Shown one piece after another: positions 35,136 through 48,169 of a stretch of DNA of 64,000 nt. Source of the stretch: Malacoraja senta (lineage: Eukaryota); NCBI GenBank assembly GCA_038087875.1, contig JAXLNO010000573.1, positions 62,001 through 126,000 on the forward strand, given 5' to 3'. Positions within the stretch are counted from its first letter, which is position 1, and each line of letters begins with the position of its first letter. Both the position numbers and the translations under genes were made by a program. The notes under the pieces were generated by a model that saw only the letters and a list, made by a program, of their open reading frames with translations, searched no databases and had not been told where the DNA came from.

Positions 35136-37096
35136 TTGCTGCTGAATGAGCTGAGGGATGTGTGTTGAGAGGGAGTGAGACTGGAGCGGGTAGGGGGAAT
35201 GGAGAAGTCAAGATGGTTGATGTCACACCGGCTGTTGGAAATCAAATGATCCAGAGGGTAGAAGGGCAGTCCAGGAGGAGGAGGAATGTTGGAGACGGGA
35301 GAAGAAGTCGTCACTGGGACGCCTTAACATTAAAAAAAGAGGAGGTGATGACGGAAGAAGAACTCTACATCATGGCTGGACTGGAACTCGTTGAGGTGTG
35401 GGCTTAGGACGACAGACTTTGTTGACTTCAAGCAAGCCCATGACTTTCACGTCTCACAGACTTTTTAGTGACATTGAATTGCAATCCAAATGTGGCCAAT
35501 CTATTCGATAGTAATTGTGCATCTTACTAACATAGAAAGGAAGGTATTTTCTGAGCTTTTATTACAGCACGTGAGATAAAAGCAAATCTAAGACATTTGG
35601 CGGATAAAGACAATGAGGAGAAAGCTAAGCTAACCTGCTAGAAACTCGGGATATTTCCTGCTTTTAAGTACGAATCAAATTGGATTTTTCTTTCGTAGGT
35701 GACCTGCATCACCTCCAGTAATGCATAATTCCCAAATGACCAGAACTAGCACCCATCCTGGTGTGGTGAAAGATTTGCAGGCTCACAGAGTCGTAAAACT
35801 AAATGATTCTTCAATGGTTTATAGTACTTACAAATACCCTAAAAGATTAGTCCATGTTTCTCTTTTAAAGCACTGTTCACTTTAATTTTAAACAATGCTC
35901 TTTAGAGTTGTCTTTAATTGTAGATGATGTTGAATACCACTCGTTGCTGGGATCTCTCAGACAAAGCTGTTATCATGTGTCTGATGATGTACCAATTCTG
36001 TTTGCTCTTTTCTTGCATGTTGCTTTTTAGTTTGCCATAAACACTCTTTCCTAATCATTGGAAAAATCACACCAGACTAGTGTGACTGATGCAACAACGC
36101 CAACCTTTTCCTTTGATTGTATTATCTTTACCCTGTTTGTTTCTTGTAAGTCCAACTAATTGGTCGAGTCAGTGATTCTATGCATTTTCACAAAAAGAAC
36201 TGTCATTCTTTTTGATATTCAACCATTCTCTGAGTAAAAATATTTTGGTTGGATAAAATCCGAATCCATCAGCAGTCTGAATTCTGATGCTCCGTACGTT
36301 CAAAGGCTATGGAGGACACATCCAGACTTTGTGGAACCACACTTGTAACGTATGGGTTGGCTTCCAAATTTGTAAATCTTCTTGATAGTCAGACCACAGG
36401 GATTTAGAAAAAGATTCAAATGCATGTTATTATGTAGTCCAATTATTCTCCATCACTTTGTGTCTCTTTATAAATAGTTCCTTCAGTATCTCCTGTGGCT
36501 CACAGTCTGTTTTCAAAGTTCATTTAAAAGCCCTTTGATTCCTCATGGCATGTTGGGACATGAAGCATCATCAATTTTTATGCATGAAGGCTGCCAACTG
36601 CCTTCACAGTGCAAATATCTGGCTCCTTTAATGTTACTTAACTAGTTAAATATATTCTTGCCAGAGGTGTAGCGACAGTTCTTTGCACCTGCATGAATTG
36701 CAAATTCAATAGCACTGAAGCTTCTGCTTCCTCTTTGTTCACATAAATCAAAGAATCGTTTGCAAATTCTGGTGAATCAAATAACATTCAGCTTACTGGA
36801 GATTCAGGGTCCAAGATGTTTGAAAAATGATAAGGAACCCTTCTGAAATTATCTGATAAGGCTCGAATAGAACTATTCTGTATATTTCCCAAGCTCCAAT
36901 GGAAAACAGAAGAAAGTGTTTGGAAATGGCAGCAGGACACATCAATAAAACAAATTAAATTAGTGCGGGCTTCTATATTTTTGAAGGTTAAAAGCAGAAA
37001 GCGAGCTAATCCAGCCAACGTCCCAATCAGAACAAGAAAGTGAAATCTTCTGAGGTTCTGAGCTCCTTAATATAGAGTATGCACTTTACCACATGG

Positions 37097-37281
37097 TAGA
37101 CACAAAGTGCTGGAGTAACTCAGAGGGACAGGCAGCATCTCTGGAGAGAAGGAATGGGTGCCGTTTCAGGTCGAGACCCTTTCCTCAGTCTGAGGAAGGT
37201 TCTCGACCTGACCTGTAACTGAGTTACTCCAGCACTTTGTGTCTATCTTCGGTTTAAACCAGCATTTGCAGTTCCTTCCGA
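37097..37281. mobile_element. Palindromic Penelope terminal-repeat insertion with 15-bp TSD
   Basis: CACTTTACCACATGG at 37082-37096 and 37282-37296; inverted arms with CTGAGGAAGG motifs on both strands. Confidence 0.85.
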
Positions 37282-39995
37282 CACTTTACCACATGGGTTC
37301 CGCTGTGTATTTAATGGTCTATGGTAAATAACCACATAACTAGACATTTGTTTTAACACATATAAACTTTAAACAAAAATTGTTGTTGCAATCATCGATG
37401 CTAAAAACAAAAGGAGTCCTCAATAGCACATCCCCTCCATGACTTACTCTGAAACTTGCCATCCTATTGAGCGGCAGCTATGCTGAGAGTCAGCCACTGT
37501 GTGAACTCACTTGCCAGCCCTGCTAAAGAAGACGTGTGTATTGGCATTCTGGGCTCGGTCTTTAAAAGGCACTTGATGGTCATGCATCAAGTCATTATTC
37601 TATTGAACTATATGCCAGGGAGAACACACCTAATGTCAGAAATATGAAGCTGTAGGGAGAGTAGAGGCCTTCGGTATCAACTCCACTAGCTTAGATGGAA
37701 ACTCAGATAGTAGCCATTTAAGATTTGGGATCCTATGTCTCCTCTAGCTTGGTAAGCAAGTGGCCAGTCTAGGTAAGGGCTTCCAGACAAATGTTTTTCT
37801 CCTGTGGTCTGTTCTCAGGCAGGACAGGGGGAATACTGAAGCCGAACGTCACGGAAATGTGGGAAGAGCACACATTGCACTCCATTGCCAATCCCTCAGC
37901 CAATGCATGCACTGGCTCTGAAAGATACCCTGACATATCCCCCTACATACTCAGAGATTGCAGCCCAGTCCCTGTCAGGTCAGAACATGTAGTAGTCGGT
38001 GAGATATTTGCATTCCTCTCACTCTAACCACCTGCTTATCCACAGGCTAAATTGTTGCATGGCGATACCTTCAATGATGAGGTGTGAAGTTCTGATATTT
38101 TCCTTCAATTATAAACTTGATTGTGAATGCTGTGCCTATTGCCTACTTGCCATCATTATCCCAGAGATTGCTGCAGATTCTCATGACCATTTGAGGCAGT
38201 GTGAATGCTTCCCTCTGTGCCACCTACAAGATGCACTTGTTTGCTAAGCACATCCTCACCATGACAGAATTGTGAATTGCATGTGCCGTGAAGGAATAGA
38301 AGCCTTGCAATCAATGGATTGACTGATGGGACCTATTCATCCTTCCACGTACAAACTACAACAAGCAGCTTATTGGGAAAACTATATCAGCAGCATAAAG
38401 GCTATTACTCTCTGGACAACTGTGTTTCAAGATTCCACGAAGAGTGAATAAACCATCAACATCCCACAGCAATGCCTCAGTTACCTGCTAAGTGCAGATG
38501 GATAATAAACCCTGACAAATGCCGGCACCGTAACCCTCTGGAACATCCCCAAAGCAAGAAAGTTGTTTGTCAGTGTCAATTTTCTTCACACAGACAGATT
38601 AGTTGGGGCTGCTAAGAACATCTCGAATCACATGGAATCAATTAGTAAAGCCAGTCGTTCTCTCCACTGAACCTGAAAGATGGCAAGGTGCTAGGAGGTG
38701 GTTTATTATGGATCTCTAGACCATCTTTCTGAGATATGGTTGGGTCTCCGTTCTCCTTCTATGTAGGAGGATCATCTCTTCCTCTTTAATATTCTGTGAC
38801 AGGCCTGGTCAACAGACGTTGTGAGGTCATCGACATCAGGAGCAATGAAAGAAATTGACCAAATGTTACAAATGATGATAAATCCTCTTGTTATTCTCTT
38901 AATACATAAGCAGTGCATGATCACAAATCACTTTTTTTTTTCATCTTTATTTACTCTTGCAAGATTGCAGATTATTTTTCATTATGCCTTTGGAAACCAT
39001 GGGGGTTCACTTAGATGGATTTATCACAAAACATCATTAAAATGCCAGTTATGTAACTAAACAGTGGTTTAACTGTTTCAATTCATGTCAATGAAGCAGT
39101 GGAATCTGGACACAATGGAAGAAATCGAGTGATGCAAGAAACAGTTTACCAAAGAATATGACATGTTGAGAGCAAAGAGAAATATGTCACGGTATGCAAC
39201 AGAATAATGGAACAACATTACAGATTTTTTTAAATGTATTCATTTACAGTATGTGGTATTCAAAACAAATGTGGCTATTTTAATGCTTCCCTGAATTGTC
39301 CTTAAAATAATGGACATCCTAGCTCATTCTTGTACTCAGTTAAAAGTCAATTGTTTTGCTCTGTGATACAATATGATACGATAGAACTATTTAACAGGTT
39401 TAATTAAATGGGAAATTATGAGGGAATTATGAGGGGAATTATGTATAGCCCAGGCTGGTAAGGAGGCAAAGTTAGGAGGGTCTCAGTGAGCCTGACAGGT
39501 TTTTACAACAGCCTGGTAATTATATGGTCACTTTTACTGATGTTATTGTTTTACCTCAAGTTTACTTACAATTCTTTAGTCATTATGGCAAGACTCTCAA
39601 ATTAATAATCCCGGCCTCTGGACAGCAATCGAACAAGTTATACACAATGTTTACCCTTGCTGGAACTGGAAAAAAAAATGAAAAAAATGGAGCAATGCTC
39701 AGCAGATTAGACAGCATTTGTGGAGAAAGAAACAAAAGCCAGTGTTTCAGATTAATAGACTTTTATTAAACATATGATGGACTTTAATCGGTACACCAAT
39801 TATTAATGTTGCATAAGTTTGTTTAATTATGAATATAATATAATATGAAGTGTTTAGGAATCTTCCGAATTTAAAGCTAAGTTTGAACTGTCTCACGATG
39901 GTTGGTTCAAAATTGTTTTATCTTTACACAAATCAAACATTTAAAGCAAAAATCCTGAAAACCACACTGAATACCAGACAAAAAATAAATCAATC

Positions 39996-40318
39996 TTAGT
40001 TTAGTTTAGAGGTACAGCATGGACACAGGCCTTTCGGCCCACCGAGTCCGCACCCACCAGTGATCCCCGCACATTAACACTATCCTACACACACTAGGGA
40101 CAATTTACACTTATACCCAGCCAATTAATCTACAAACCTGCACGTCTTTGGAGTGTGAGAGGAATCCAAAGATCTCGGAGATAACCCACACGGAAATGGA
40201 GAGAACCTACAAACTCTGTACAGACAAGCACCCGGGATTGAAGTCGGGATCCAACCCGGGTCTATGGCGCTGTAAGCGCTGTAAGGCAGCAACTCTACCA
40301 CTGTGCCACTGTGCTGTC
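39996..40318 (-). mobile_element. tRNA-derived SINE (HE1/V-SINE-like), full length
   Basis: Same family as 5512-5813 in reverse; (TAAAC)n tail; A-box-like GCACAGTGGTAGAG. Confidence 0.8.
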
Positions 40319-40359
40319 CTGGAAGTGATGGAAGTGATGGAAGAATCAGTGGAGGGCAA

Positions 40360-40835
40360 TGGGAAGACATCTTTCTGGTTATGACCTTTCTTCAAGCAGA
40401 TTGAGTAGGGGTGGTGGGGGGAAGCTGGGGAAAAGAGATGGGATGGGGCAAAGCCTGACTGTGGATTGATACAGGTGAGGAGGGGTTATTTGCAGATGGA
40501 TGGAGATAGTGACAACGGGGATAAAAGGGTATTAGATTAGGAAAGAACAGGAGTGAAATATAAAATTACAGGGAGGGACATGGGTTGAAGGGGAGAGCGG
40601 AAGGGAAAGAGGGGGGATGGGGGAAATGGGGGAGTTGTAGGGAGGGATGAGAGGTGAGCAGAAGGAAGCAGGGAAAGGAACAGGGTGACGGGACAGTGGG
40701 AGAAAAGTGTGCGAACGGGAGGGAGATGGGAACGTAGAATGCGGATTGGGGGTTTAATTGAAATTGGAGAATTCAATGTTCATGCTATTGTTGTAGACTC
40801 CCCAAACGGAATATGAGATGTTCTTCCAGTTTGCT
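40360..40835 (-). mobile_element. Decayed Penelope 3' region
   Basis: GAAATTGGAGAATTCAATGTTCATG...AATATGAGATGTTCTTCCAGTTTG matches the reverse of the PLE 3' end, next to a purine-rich spacer. Confidence 0.5.
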
Positions 40836-42206
40836 GTTGTAATTAACTCCCTCTTTAAGAAATGCTCCGCAATAGATATACATGAACTTATACCAGTTTG
40901 CCAACTCATCAATAATAATGTAATTAACACCCTCATAAGAATAGCATTGAAATGCGCAGAGAGCATTTAAAGATATTCTGAATTGACAGAATTACAACTA
41001 TTACAAGTACACAATTTAAAGAGCAGTACACTCATTTTCCAAGATTGCAAGGTTTGGCTATTTTACAATTAGGTCCTTTTATAGCTGACAGGTTAATAGC
41101 TTCGGATAACAAGTCTGCAGTGGGATATTTGTAGCCCATATCCGAACAGTTCTAATCAGACGCTAATCATTCTTTTTTCATTCTACCTGCTACTATGAAT
41201 TTTTTTTAAATCTATGAAGGGAAAATGTCTTCTAAATGTATTTCAATGACCAATCTAATTACCTCAGAGTGTTTAAAAATGACGATCACCTTAAACAGAC
41301 AAAAGCCAAGAAATTATAACAAGGAATATTTAATTATTTATTGAAAATAGATTTATTCATTAGTTACTGTTCCTTTTATTTATCAAACCTTACATGATAA
41401 GACAGGTAGCAATGTATAAAATGTATATTCCTTTGTCATCTCCTGATATTGCTTACCTTACACAATGAAATCCATCCATAATCTTTTCCTGTGACCTTGA
41501 CGGTCCTAACCTTCACATTATCAGTCATGATTTGGTACCTCATATGACATAAATGACTCCTTTGTTCAGAGATTAATGTCTATCCTTTCTACAATGTTCA
41601 GATTTAGCTCTTGGGTATTTCACATTGTGTATCGTGGTTTAAAGAAGCATTTTCAGGGCTGCCCCTGCACTTCTAATAACCAGCGCCCTGAGTAAGCGTA
41701 GAAAACCACCACAATAACTCAGAATGCAAGGCCATGAACCCACGGAACTGAAGAATATCTAAATGATGTCATCTCTGTCAAAGAAAGAAAAAATAGATGT
41801 GCTGGCTGCAGCAGCAGTGATAACCACTGCATTATGATTTGGTTAGGAAGAACTAAGTGAGTTTAGGTTCCGTAGTCCTGTGTCCATCTTTTGATGCCTC
41901 TATATATGTGAAAACAGCATTTTAGTGTTTCTTCCACCCATTTGGTGATTATTTAATGTTTTAGACCCTTGGCTGAAATATATATTTTTTTACAGTTTCT
42001 GGTGATACCCACAATGTCATACATCATGCACTGCTGATAGAACCATTGTTTCTAAGTGTGTGCAATGCTTGAAAGAGCAGCAGGCGCCAGAGAAGTGTAC
42101 GGGTAAGGAGGAACAGGGATATTGAGGGAAGAAAATGAACAAAAATTAATAATTCCTTCGAAGATAGACACAAAAACTTGGAGTAATTCAGTGGGGCAGG
42201 CAGCAT

Positions 42207-42481
42207 CGACTACCTACAACTACATGGCGACCCCACTACAACTGCACCTACGTCTACAGGATTATCGATTTTCTCCATGGCGACCAATTTTCAACATGTT
42301 GAAAAATTTGCGGCAACCATACTGAGGCTGCGACTAGTTCCCAGAATACGGGAACTCCTCGCGACCATGAAGGAGACTCACCAGAGACCACCAGCGAACA
42401 TGTGGCGACCATGTGGCGATCATGTGGCGAGCGCAGAGTCTCCTGCACTCGCCTAAAAAGTCACCTTAGTGGGACAGGCCC
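42207..42481. mobile_element. Truncated Harbinger-like MITE inside a Penelope terminal-repeat fragment
   Basis: Right TIR AGTGGGACAGGCCCT|TTA; interior similar to 31152-31965. Confidence 0.7.
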
Positions 42482-43653
42482 TTTAATGTTTCAGGGTGGT
42501 CTCAGTCAAACATTGTCACTGATGCTGCCTGATCTAGTGAGGGCTTAGCATTTTCTGCACTGGATCTTACCTTGTTGACTTTGCGAGTTTCTGTTGCTCA
42601 GTACAGAGATCTAATTTCAACCATGCAGCTGTAATCAGGAGTTTCATAACTAGGGATTTGCACCTGAAGCAAGCTTGGCAGTTGAGCTTCATTTAAATTC
42701 AAGTGTTTAAGTTTTATCACTTTTAATTAAAATTAGTAGTTATGTGTTAAAAAAAAATTCTGACAATTTTGATTTAAAAAAAAATTCAAAGTGTTAGCAT
42801 AGCTATTCCTCACCGCATGCTACAAATTACCTTTCTCACTGGTAACAATCTTAACTCAGCATGAGCATTATTTTCTATGAACCAGAGAATGCCAGACCAT
42901 ATCTTAACAACATCTTTCCTATAACTGTTACCAAAACAGAACACAATATTCTAAATGTGGCCTCACCAATGTCATATTGTAGGACCGAACTGCAGATGCT
43001 GGTTTAAATCGAAGGTAGACACAAAATGCTGGAGTAACTCAACGGGTCAGGCAGCATCTCTGGAGAGAGGAATGGGTGACGTTTCAGGTCGAGACCCTTC
43101 TTCAGACTAATGTCAGGGGAGGGTGCGGTACAAAGATAGAATAGTAAGATTAAACGAGAACTTACCTAAGTTTGAAGTTTGATCTTTATTTTATGAGGAG
43201 TTACGTAGGTGATTACGTGAAGAACCCCGCCAGTGCGCCTGCGCGTCAATCTTCAAAGCAGCGGTGTGAAATCACAAAAAACAACAACCGAAGTAATATA
43301 GTCTCATACTAAAACGAGTAAGACAAGAACTTCCATCTGACCTTTATGATAGAGGGTAGGGTCGTGGTGGGCACGTAATCACCTACGTAACTCCTCATAA
43401 AATAAAGATCAAACTTCAAACTTAGGTAAGTTCTCGTTTAATCTTACTATTTTACTTCGGAGTCATGTGAGTGACTACGTGAAGATTTTAAAGCTTTGTG
43501 ATTTCATGCCGTGGATCAATCCCGGCTTCTCACTGCATAGATTGACTCGGAACGAGAATAATCAATCATGCATTCATAATAACATTTGTACCACAAATGC
43601 AGTAATTCATTTCAATAATGAAATGAATCAGATCCCCTTTAAACCAGAGGAAT

Positions 43654-44625
43654 TTACACAGAACTTAAAATAGTTTCTGCAAACAACCCCGCATTAACAA
43701 TAGGCCGATGGTAAAAATGTTGAAACATCAACTCATTGGACCACCCGGCGGCTGCGAGGATATGGTCGACGGGGCCGTCTTTTGCCCTGGCCGCCGACAT
43801 TTCTGCTGCCCTAGTCGAGTGAGACGTAAAAACATAAGTGTTAATACCAACAGCTGTTAAGACTTCTTTTATCCATCTGGAAATAGTCTGTATTGAAACT
43901 CTCTTGTGTGGTTTCTTGTGTGTGATCAAAAACCCAGTTTCCGTATTCTCAAATTCTTTGTGACCTCAATGTATTGTAATAAATATGTCTTCATACAGAG
44001 ACATGGATCATTTGGATATGCTGCCAGCATAATTTTAAATCCTGTCACACCTGGCCTAATTTGCTTTAGTAGGTCATAGATATAGAATGTAACCTTGTCT
44101 TCAGTTACTTCCATACTGTCTATTTGTAATTCTCCAAGTGTTTGCACTCGTTGTGCTGTCACTCATGCCATAAACATGAATACTTTCATACTGAGCTTGA
44201 CCAAAGGTAAAGACACACTTGATGACCATCACGAAGTAGTTTCAGTACCACACTTACATCCCAGATTGTCACGTACCTAGGTTTCGGTGGTTTGGAATTA
44301 AAGATTCCTTTCATTAGTCTGGAAACAATTGGGTGTGACCCAATTGAGTTTCTTTCTGAATCCAGAACCAAATATGAGGACAATGCACTTCTGGCTGAAT
44401 TAATTGCACTACAAGTCAGACCTTCATCATAATAAAGTTTTGACAGAAATTCTAAACATTTGAAATATCTGCAGTACTTTATTGCACATTCTTTTGTACA
44501 CAGAACTCTTCCCATTTCTTAATATAAGAAAGGTACTGTTTTTGAGTGCTCTTCCTCCAGACTGCCGTAAGCATGTCCACAGTATGCTCAGACAGTCCTC
44601 GTCCCAGAAAAGGCATTCTTAAAAC
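43654..44625 (-). pseudogene. DIRS tyrosine recombinase (frameshifted)
   Basis: AINSARSALS, GSHPIVSRLMKGIFNSKPPKPRY...WDV, TAQRVQTL, HSTRAA, AAGWS..MFQHFY across three ORFs. Confidence 0.92.
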
Positions 44626-44632
44626 CTGCAAA

Positions 44633-45020
44633 TCAACAAATCCAAACGATCATATAATGGATGTTGTTCCCCTGTACAGGGTGCAGCAATAAATTACTCT
44701 TTTTTGGGACTTTCATCAACATTTGTGTTGTTAATTCTAATATCAACGGATACCATGGCTGTGTAGGCCAATCTGGTACTACCAATACCCTTGAAGCAGC
44801 ATCTTGCCTGATTTTAAGCAAACATTGGCTTATGAGGCAGAAAGGTGGAAATATATATGAAAACATACCACCCCAATGTAGCGAGAAAGCATCAATCGCC
44901 ACTGCTCCTTGATCTGGTTTCCATGAGACATATCTCGATAGCTGATGATTCAAGTCAATGTCGGTCATTCCAAATCTGATGACTATATCATTGAATACCT
45001 CTTGATTCAACATCCATTCT
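44633..45020 (-). pseudogene. DIRS DNA N6-adenine methyltransferase-like domain
   Basis: DIDL...DAFSLHW...YIFPPF...LVVPDWPTQPWYP; the FAS segment after DIDL appears deleted. Confidence 0.85.
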
Positions 45021-45029
45021 TTATTATCA

Positions 45030-45684
45030 TGGAACTTTTCGTGACCTGGTGTCTGCTATCGTTCATTCTACCTGGTAGATAGATAGCTGAAATCCAAATG
45101 TTCTTTTCAATACACCAAGCCCAAAGTTGATTAACCATTTTGTCACAAGACACCGACTAAATTCCACCCATATCATTAATATAAACAACTACTGTTGTGT
45201 TATCAATTTGAACTTGAACATGCTTATTAGTTGTGTTAGAACAATAAGCTTGGAGCCCATAGAAACATCCTAGAAGCTCCAAATAGTTAATTCCCCATGT
45301 CTGCAGTAACAATGACTCTTCCTGATTCCATCTGCCTCCTCAGCTAGATGTTAAGTCAGTTGCACCCCATCCTGGTGCACTGGCATCAGTTTGTAATATC
45401 ATGGAAGGTTGTTCAATCAGCACTTTGCTGGAACTGCTTGAGACATGTAGAATCCACCACTGCAGATCAGAAACAGCATTTGTTGTTAGTTGCATGGTTC
45501 TATCAAAATGACCAACATGCATTCTCGGTGCCTGTTCTTTAAGTCTCTGCAGCTGTTGATAATGTAATGGTCCGAATTGGACTGCTGGGAATGCTGCTAC
45601 TAATTTTCCCAGTACACGAGCCACCTGTCTAATTGAAGGTTTTTGCTCGTTTAGGAGATTACTGCAATCTTTAATCAAATCCAC
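45030..45684 (-). pseudogene. DIRS RNase H / connection region
   Basis: LQTDASAPGWGA; downstream frames give INYLELLG and VQIDNTTVVVYINDMGG. Confidence 0.88.
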
Positions 45685-46831
45685 CTTTTTCCCTGGGCAA
45701 AGTAATATTCATTTGGACTGAATCAATTGTGAACCCCAAATAATTAATAGAGGTACATGGTGTTAACCTAGATTTCTGTGGATGAATTAGAAACCCCAAA
45801 TTTTCAAAAGTTGATTTCACAACTGCAACAGATACTTCTGTTGACTGTTTTGTCTTTCCTATAATCAAGACATCATCCAAATATGCCATTAGTACATGCC
45901 CCTGGCTACTCAGTAAGCCCAGAATTGGTTTTAACAATTTTGTGAATATTCTGGGTGCAGATATTAACCCATTAGGCAGAGCTTTGAACTGCCACAACTG
46001 GTTCATCCATTTAAATTTAAGATACTTCCTATCTTCTGAATGAACAGACACTGAATAATAAGCATCTTTCAAGTCTATAGTTGCCATATAACATGCTTCT
46101 GAAATAAGCTGTTTGGCAGTCACAAATGTTTCCATTTTAAAATGTCTAAATTGCACAAAAGGATTCAGATTTATTAAATCTACAAGAATCCTACATCCTC
46201 CATCCTTTTTTGATCGAGGGAATATATTTGACACAAATTGGTGACTTTGGTAGACTGATTTTTCAATAACCCCTTTTTTATATAGGGTTTCAATTGCAAC
46301 CTGAACCTCCATCACTTCTTTTTGTACAAAGTGCAGAGTTCGGCTAGGAACATGCTGAACAGGCAAATCATAATTTGGATTGAATTCAATTCGAAATCCT
46401 TGTATATTATTCAGGATTACCACATCTGAAGTAATTTTCTTCCAATTATTATAGAAGAAATGTAACCTGCCTCCAACTTTTGGACTTAATCCAGTTAGTA
46501 TGTTCCCATGAGAACCAGGTCCACCTACCTCTTGAGTCATTTGAGTACCCTGAGATTCCTGGGTTCTCCCGGAAGCACACCCACTGGTTCTTGCTCCCGC
46601 TGCAGGCCGCCAACTACGTCCCTGTGTTGATGAGCGACTTGGTCCAGGATCCGTATGACGTCTGAAAGGATACTTCCTCTTTACAGACTTCACAACCATT
46701 GATGTCTTCATCAATCCTGTTTTCGCTTCATCTTCCAACTCTTTAATACGTCTCCCGAGATCTCTCCAAAGAGTAAGTTGGGTAATTTGTATATTACTTG
46801 GTTTGCAGAGTGCTGCGAATTTCGGATTCAT
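45671..46831 (-). CDS. DIRS reverse transcriptase (open 386-aa frame including the gag C-terminus; frameshifted before RNase H)
   Basis: VGGRLHFF, KKDGGCRILVDL, HFKMET, IDLKDAYY, LPNGL.SAPRIFTK, AYLDD, YLGFTIDS. Confidence 0.93.
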   Translation of the reverse strand: MNPKFAALCKPSNIQITQLTLWRDLGRRIKELEDEAKTGLMKTSMVVKSVKRKYPFRRHTDPGPSRSSTQGRSWRPAAGARTSGCASGRTQESQGTQMTQEVGGPGSHGNILTGLSPKVGGRLHFFYNNWKKITSDVVILNNIQGFRIEFNPNYDLPVQHVPSRTLHFVQKEVMEVQVAIETLYKKGVIEKSVYQSHQFVSNIFPRSKKDGGCRILVDLINLNPFVQFRHFKMETFVTAKQLISEACYMATIDLKDAYYSVSVHSEDRKYLKFKWMNQLWQFKALPNGLISAPRIFTKLLKPILGLLSSQGHVLMAYLDDVLIIGKTKQSTEVSVAVVKSTFENLGFLIHPQKSRLTPCTSINYLGFTIDSVQMNITLPREKGGFD

Positions 46832-48169
46832 AGTAGACCGTATAGCACTTCTCGAAGTGGGTGCTGCATAGCAACCCCAGTGCTTGCTGATGCAACTTCG
46901 TCATCTTTTGGTTGTTACCTGCTATTCTGGTAAAAGCAGTTATTCCAGAACCCAGCAGCTTTAATATTCTCTGCAACTGATTCCAGATACTCTTGCAGTC
47001 TCATCCATTTCATGCTGTTCCAGCTAATGGTAAACCAAGTAATTTATTAAGGAAGCCAGTTCTTCCTAATGGCTCTCCTGACCCTGACGGGGCAGCGAAT
47101 CCTACTACCAGGGGTGGAACATCTGGCAGCTGCCTTTCATCGCCTTGTACAGCCTCACCGTCAGAGTCGGGGTCTGAAATCTCATGACCCGTAGCACGCT
47201 CCTCATTCCTGAGGGTGCATTCCATCAGCCCTGAGCCAGGTGCTGTTAAGCTGCTCCTGCAGCTTGGATTACAGTACACTCCTTCCTGAGTGAACTTTTG
47301 CTCCAACAACCTATAAAAAAGGCTTCTATTTGGGCAATACGCTCGAAAGCAGTATCTAGCCCTGTACCAGGAGCTGTTTGAGCTGTTTCCAGCAGCTTGG
47401 CTTTCAGAACACTCCTCCCTGAGTGAACTTTGCTCCAACAGCCTGTGTAAAAGGCTTTCTATTCGGGCAATACGCTCTAAAGCAGTATCTAGCCCTGGAG
47501 CTTCTTCATTGCCTGGGACTCCCTCCGTTGGGATTTAAACTTTGTCTTTTGCCCGAAAGGCGCTGACTGTGTTTTCACCAGCCCCAGGTCCACAGTCGCT
47601 ATGCTCACCGCTGGCGACTGTACCGGGGTTTAGAGGCGGTTGGTCTCTAACCGCGGACTCCCGACTTTCCCGACTTCTGTCGGCTATGTCGCTCGCCTCT
47701 TCCCCCTGTCCGTTTTTTCCCATGGCGTCTGTGGAAAAAATCGCCATAGACCCACAGTAAACGGACCTGGAAAACCTGTAAAAAAGTTTTTACTTACATT
47801 GTAGTTGAAAAACTACAAACCACTCGAGGAGCACTGCTCCTCACGTCCGTTTGCGTCAAGGCGTCTGACGTAATGACGTGCAGGCGCACTGGCGGGGTTC
47901 TTCACATAGTCACTCACGTGACTCCGAAGTAAAATGTAGTCGGAGACGGTGAGACTCGTGGGAGAACTGGGAAGGGGGAGTGGATGGAGAGAGAGAGAGA
48001 AAGCAAGGGCTATCTGAAGTTAGAGAAGTCAATGTTCATACCGTTGAGGTGCAAACTACCCAAGCAAAATATGAGGTGCTGTTCCTCCCATTTGTGCTGG
48101 GCCTCACTCTGACAATGGAGGAGGCCCAGGACAGAAAGGTCAGATTGGGAATGGGAGGGGGAGTTGAAG

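Larger units (their letters stand above)
43140..47935 (-). mobile_element. DIRS1-type tyrosine-recombinase retrotransposon, full length
   Basis: gag, RT, RNase H, MT and YR on the minus strand; ITRs; ICR at ~43372-43485; AAT at both junctions (43140-43142, 47933-47935). Confidence 0.96.

Noticed and set aside
43654..46831. Bacterial or phage contamination (integrase, methyltransferase and RT, resembling a prophage or retron)
   Set aside because: Domain order, ITR/ICR structure and clean insertion into a host Penelope repeat identify a eukaryotic DIRS retrotransposon.
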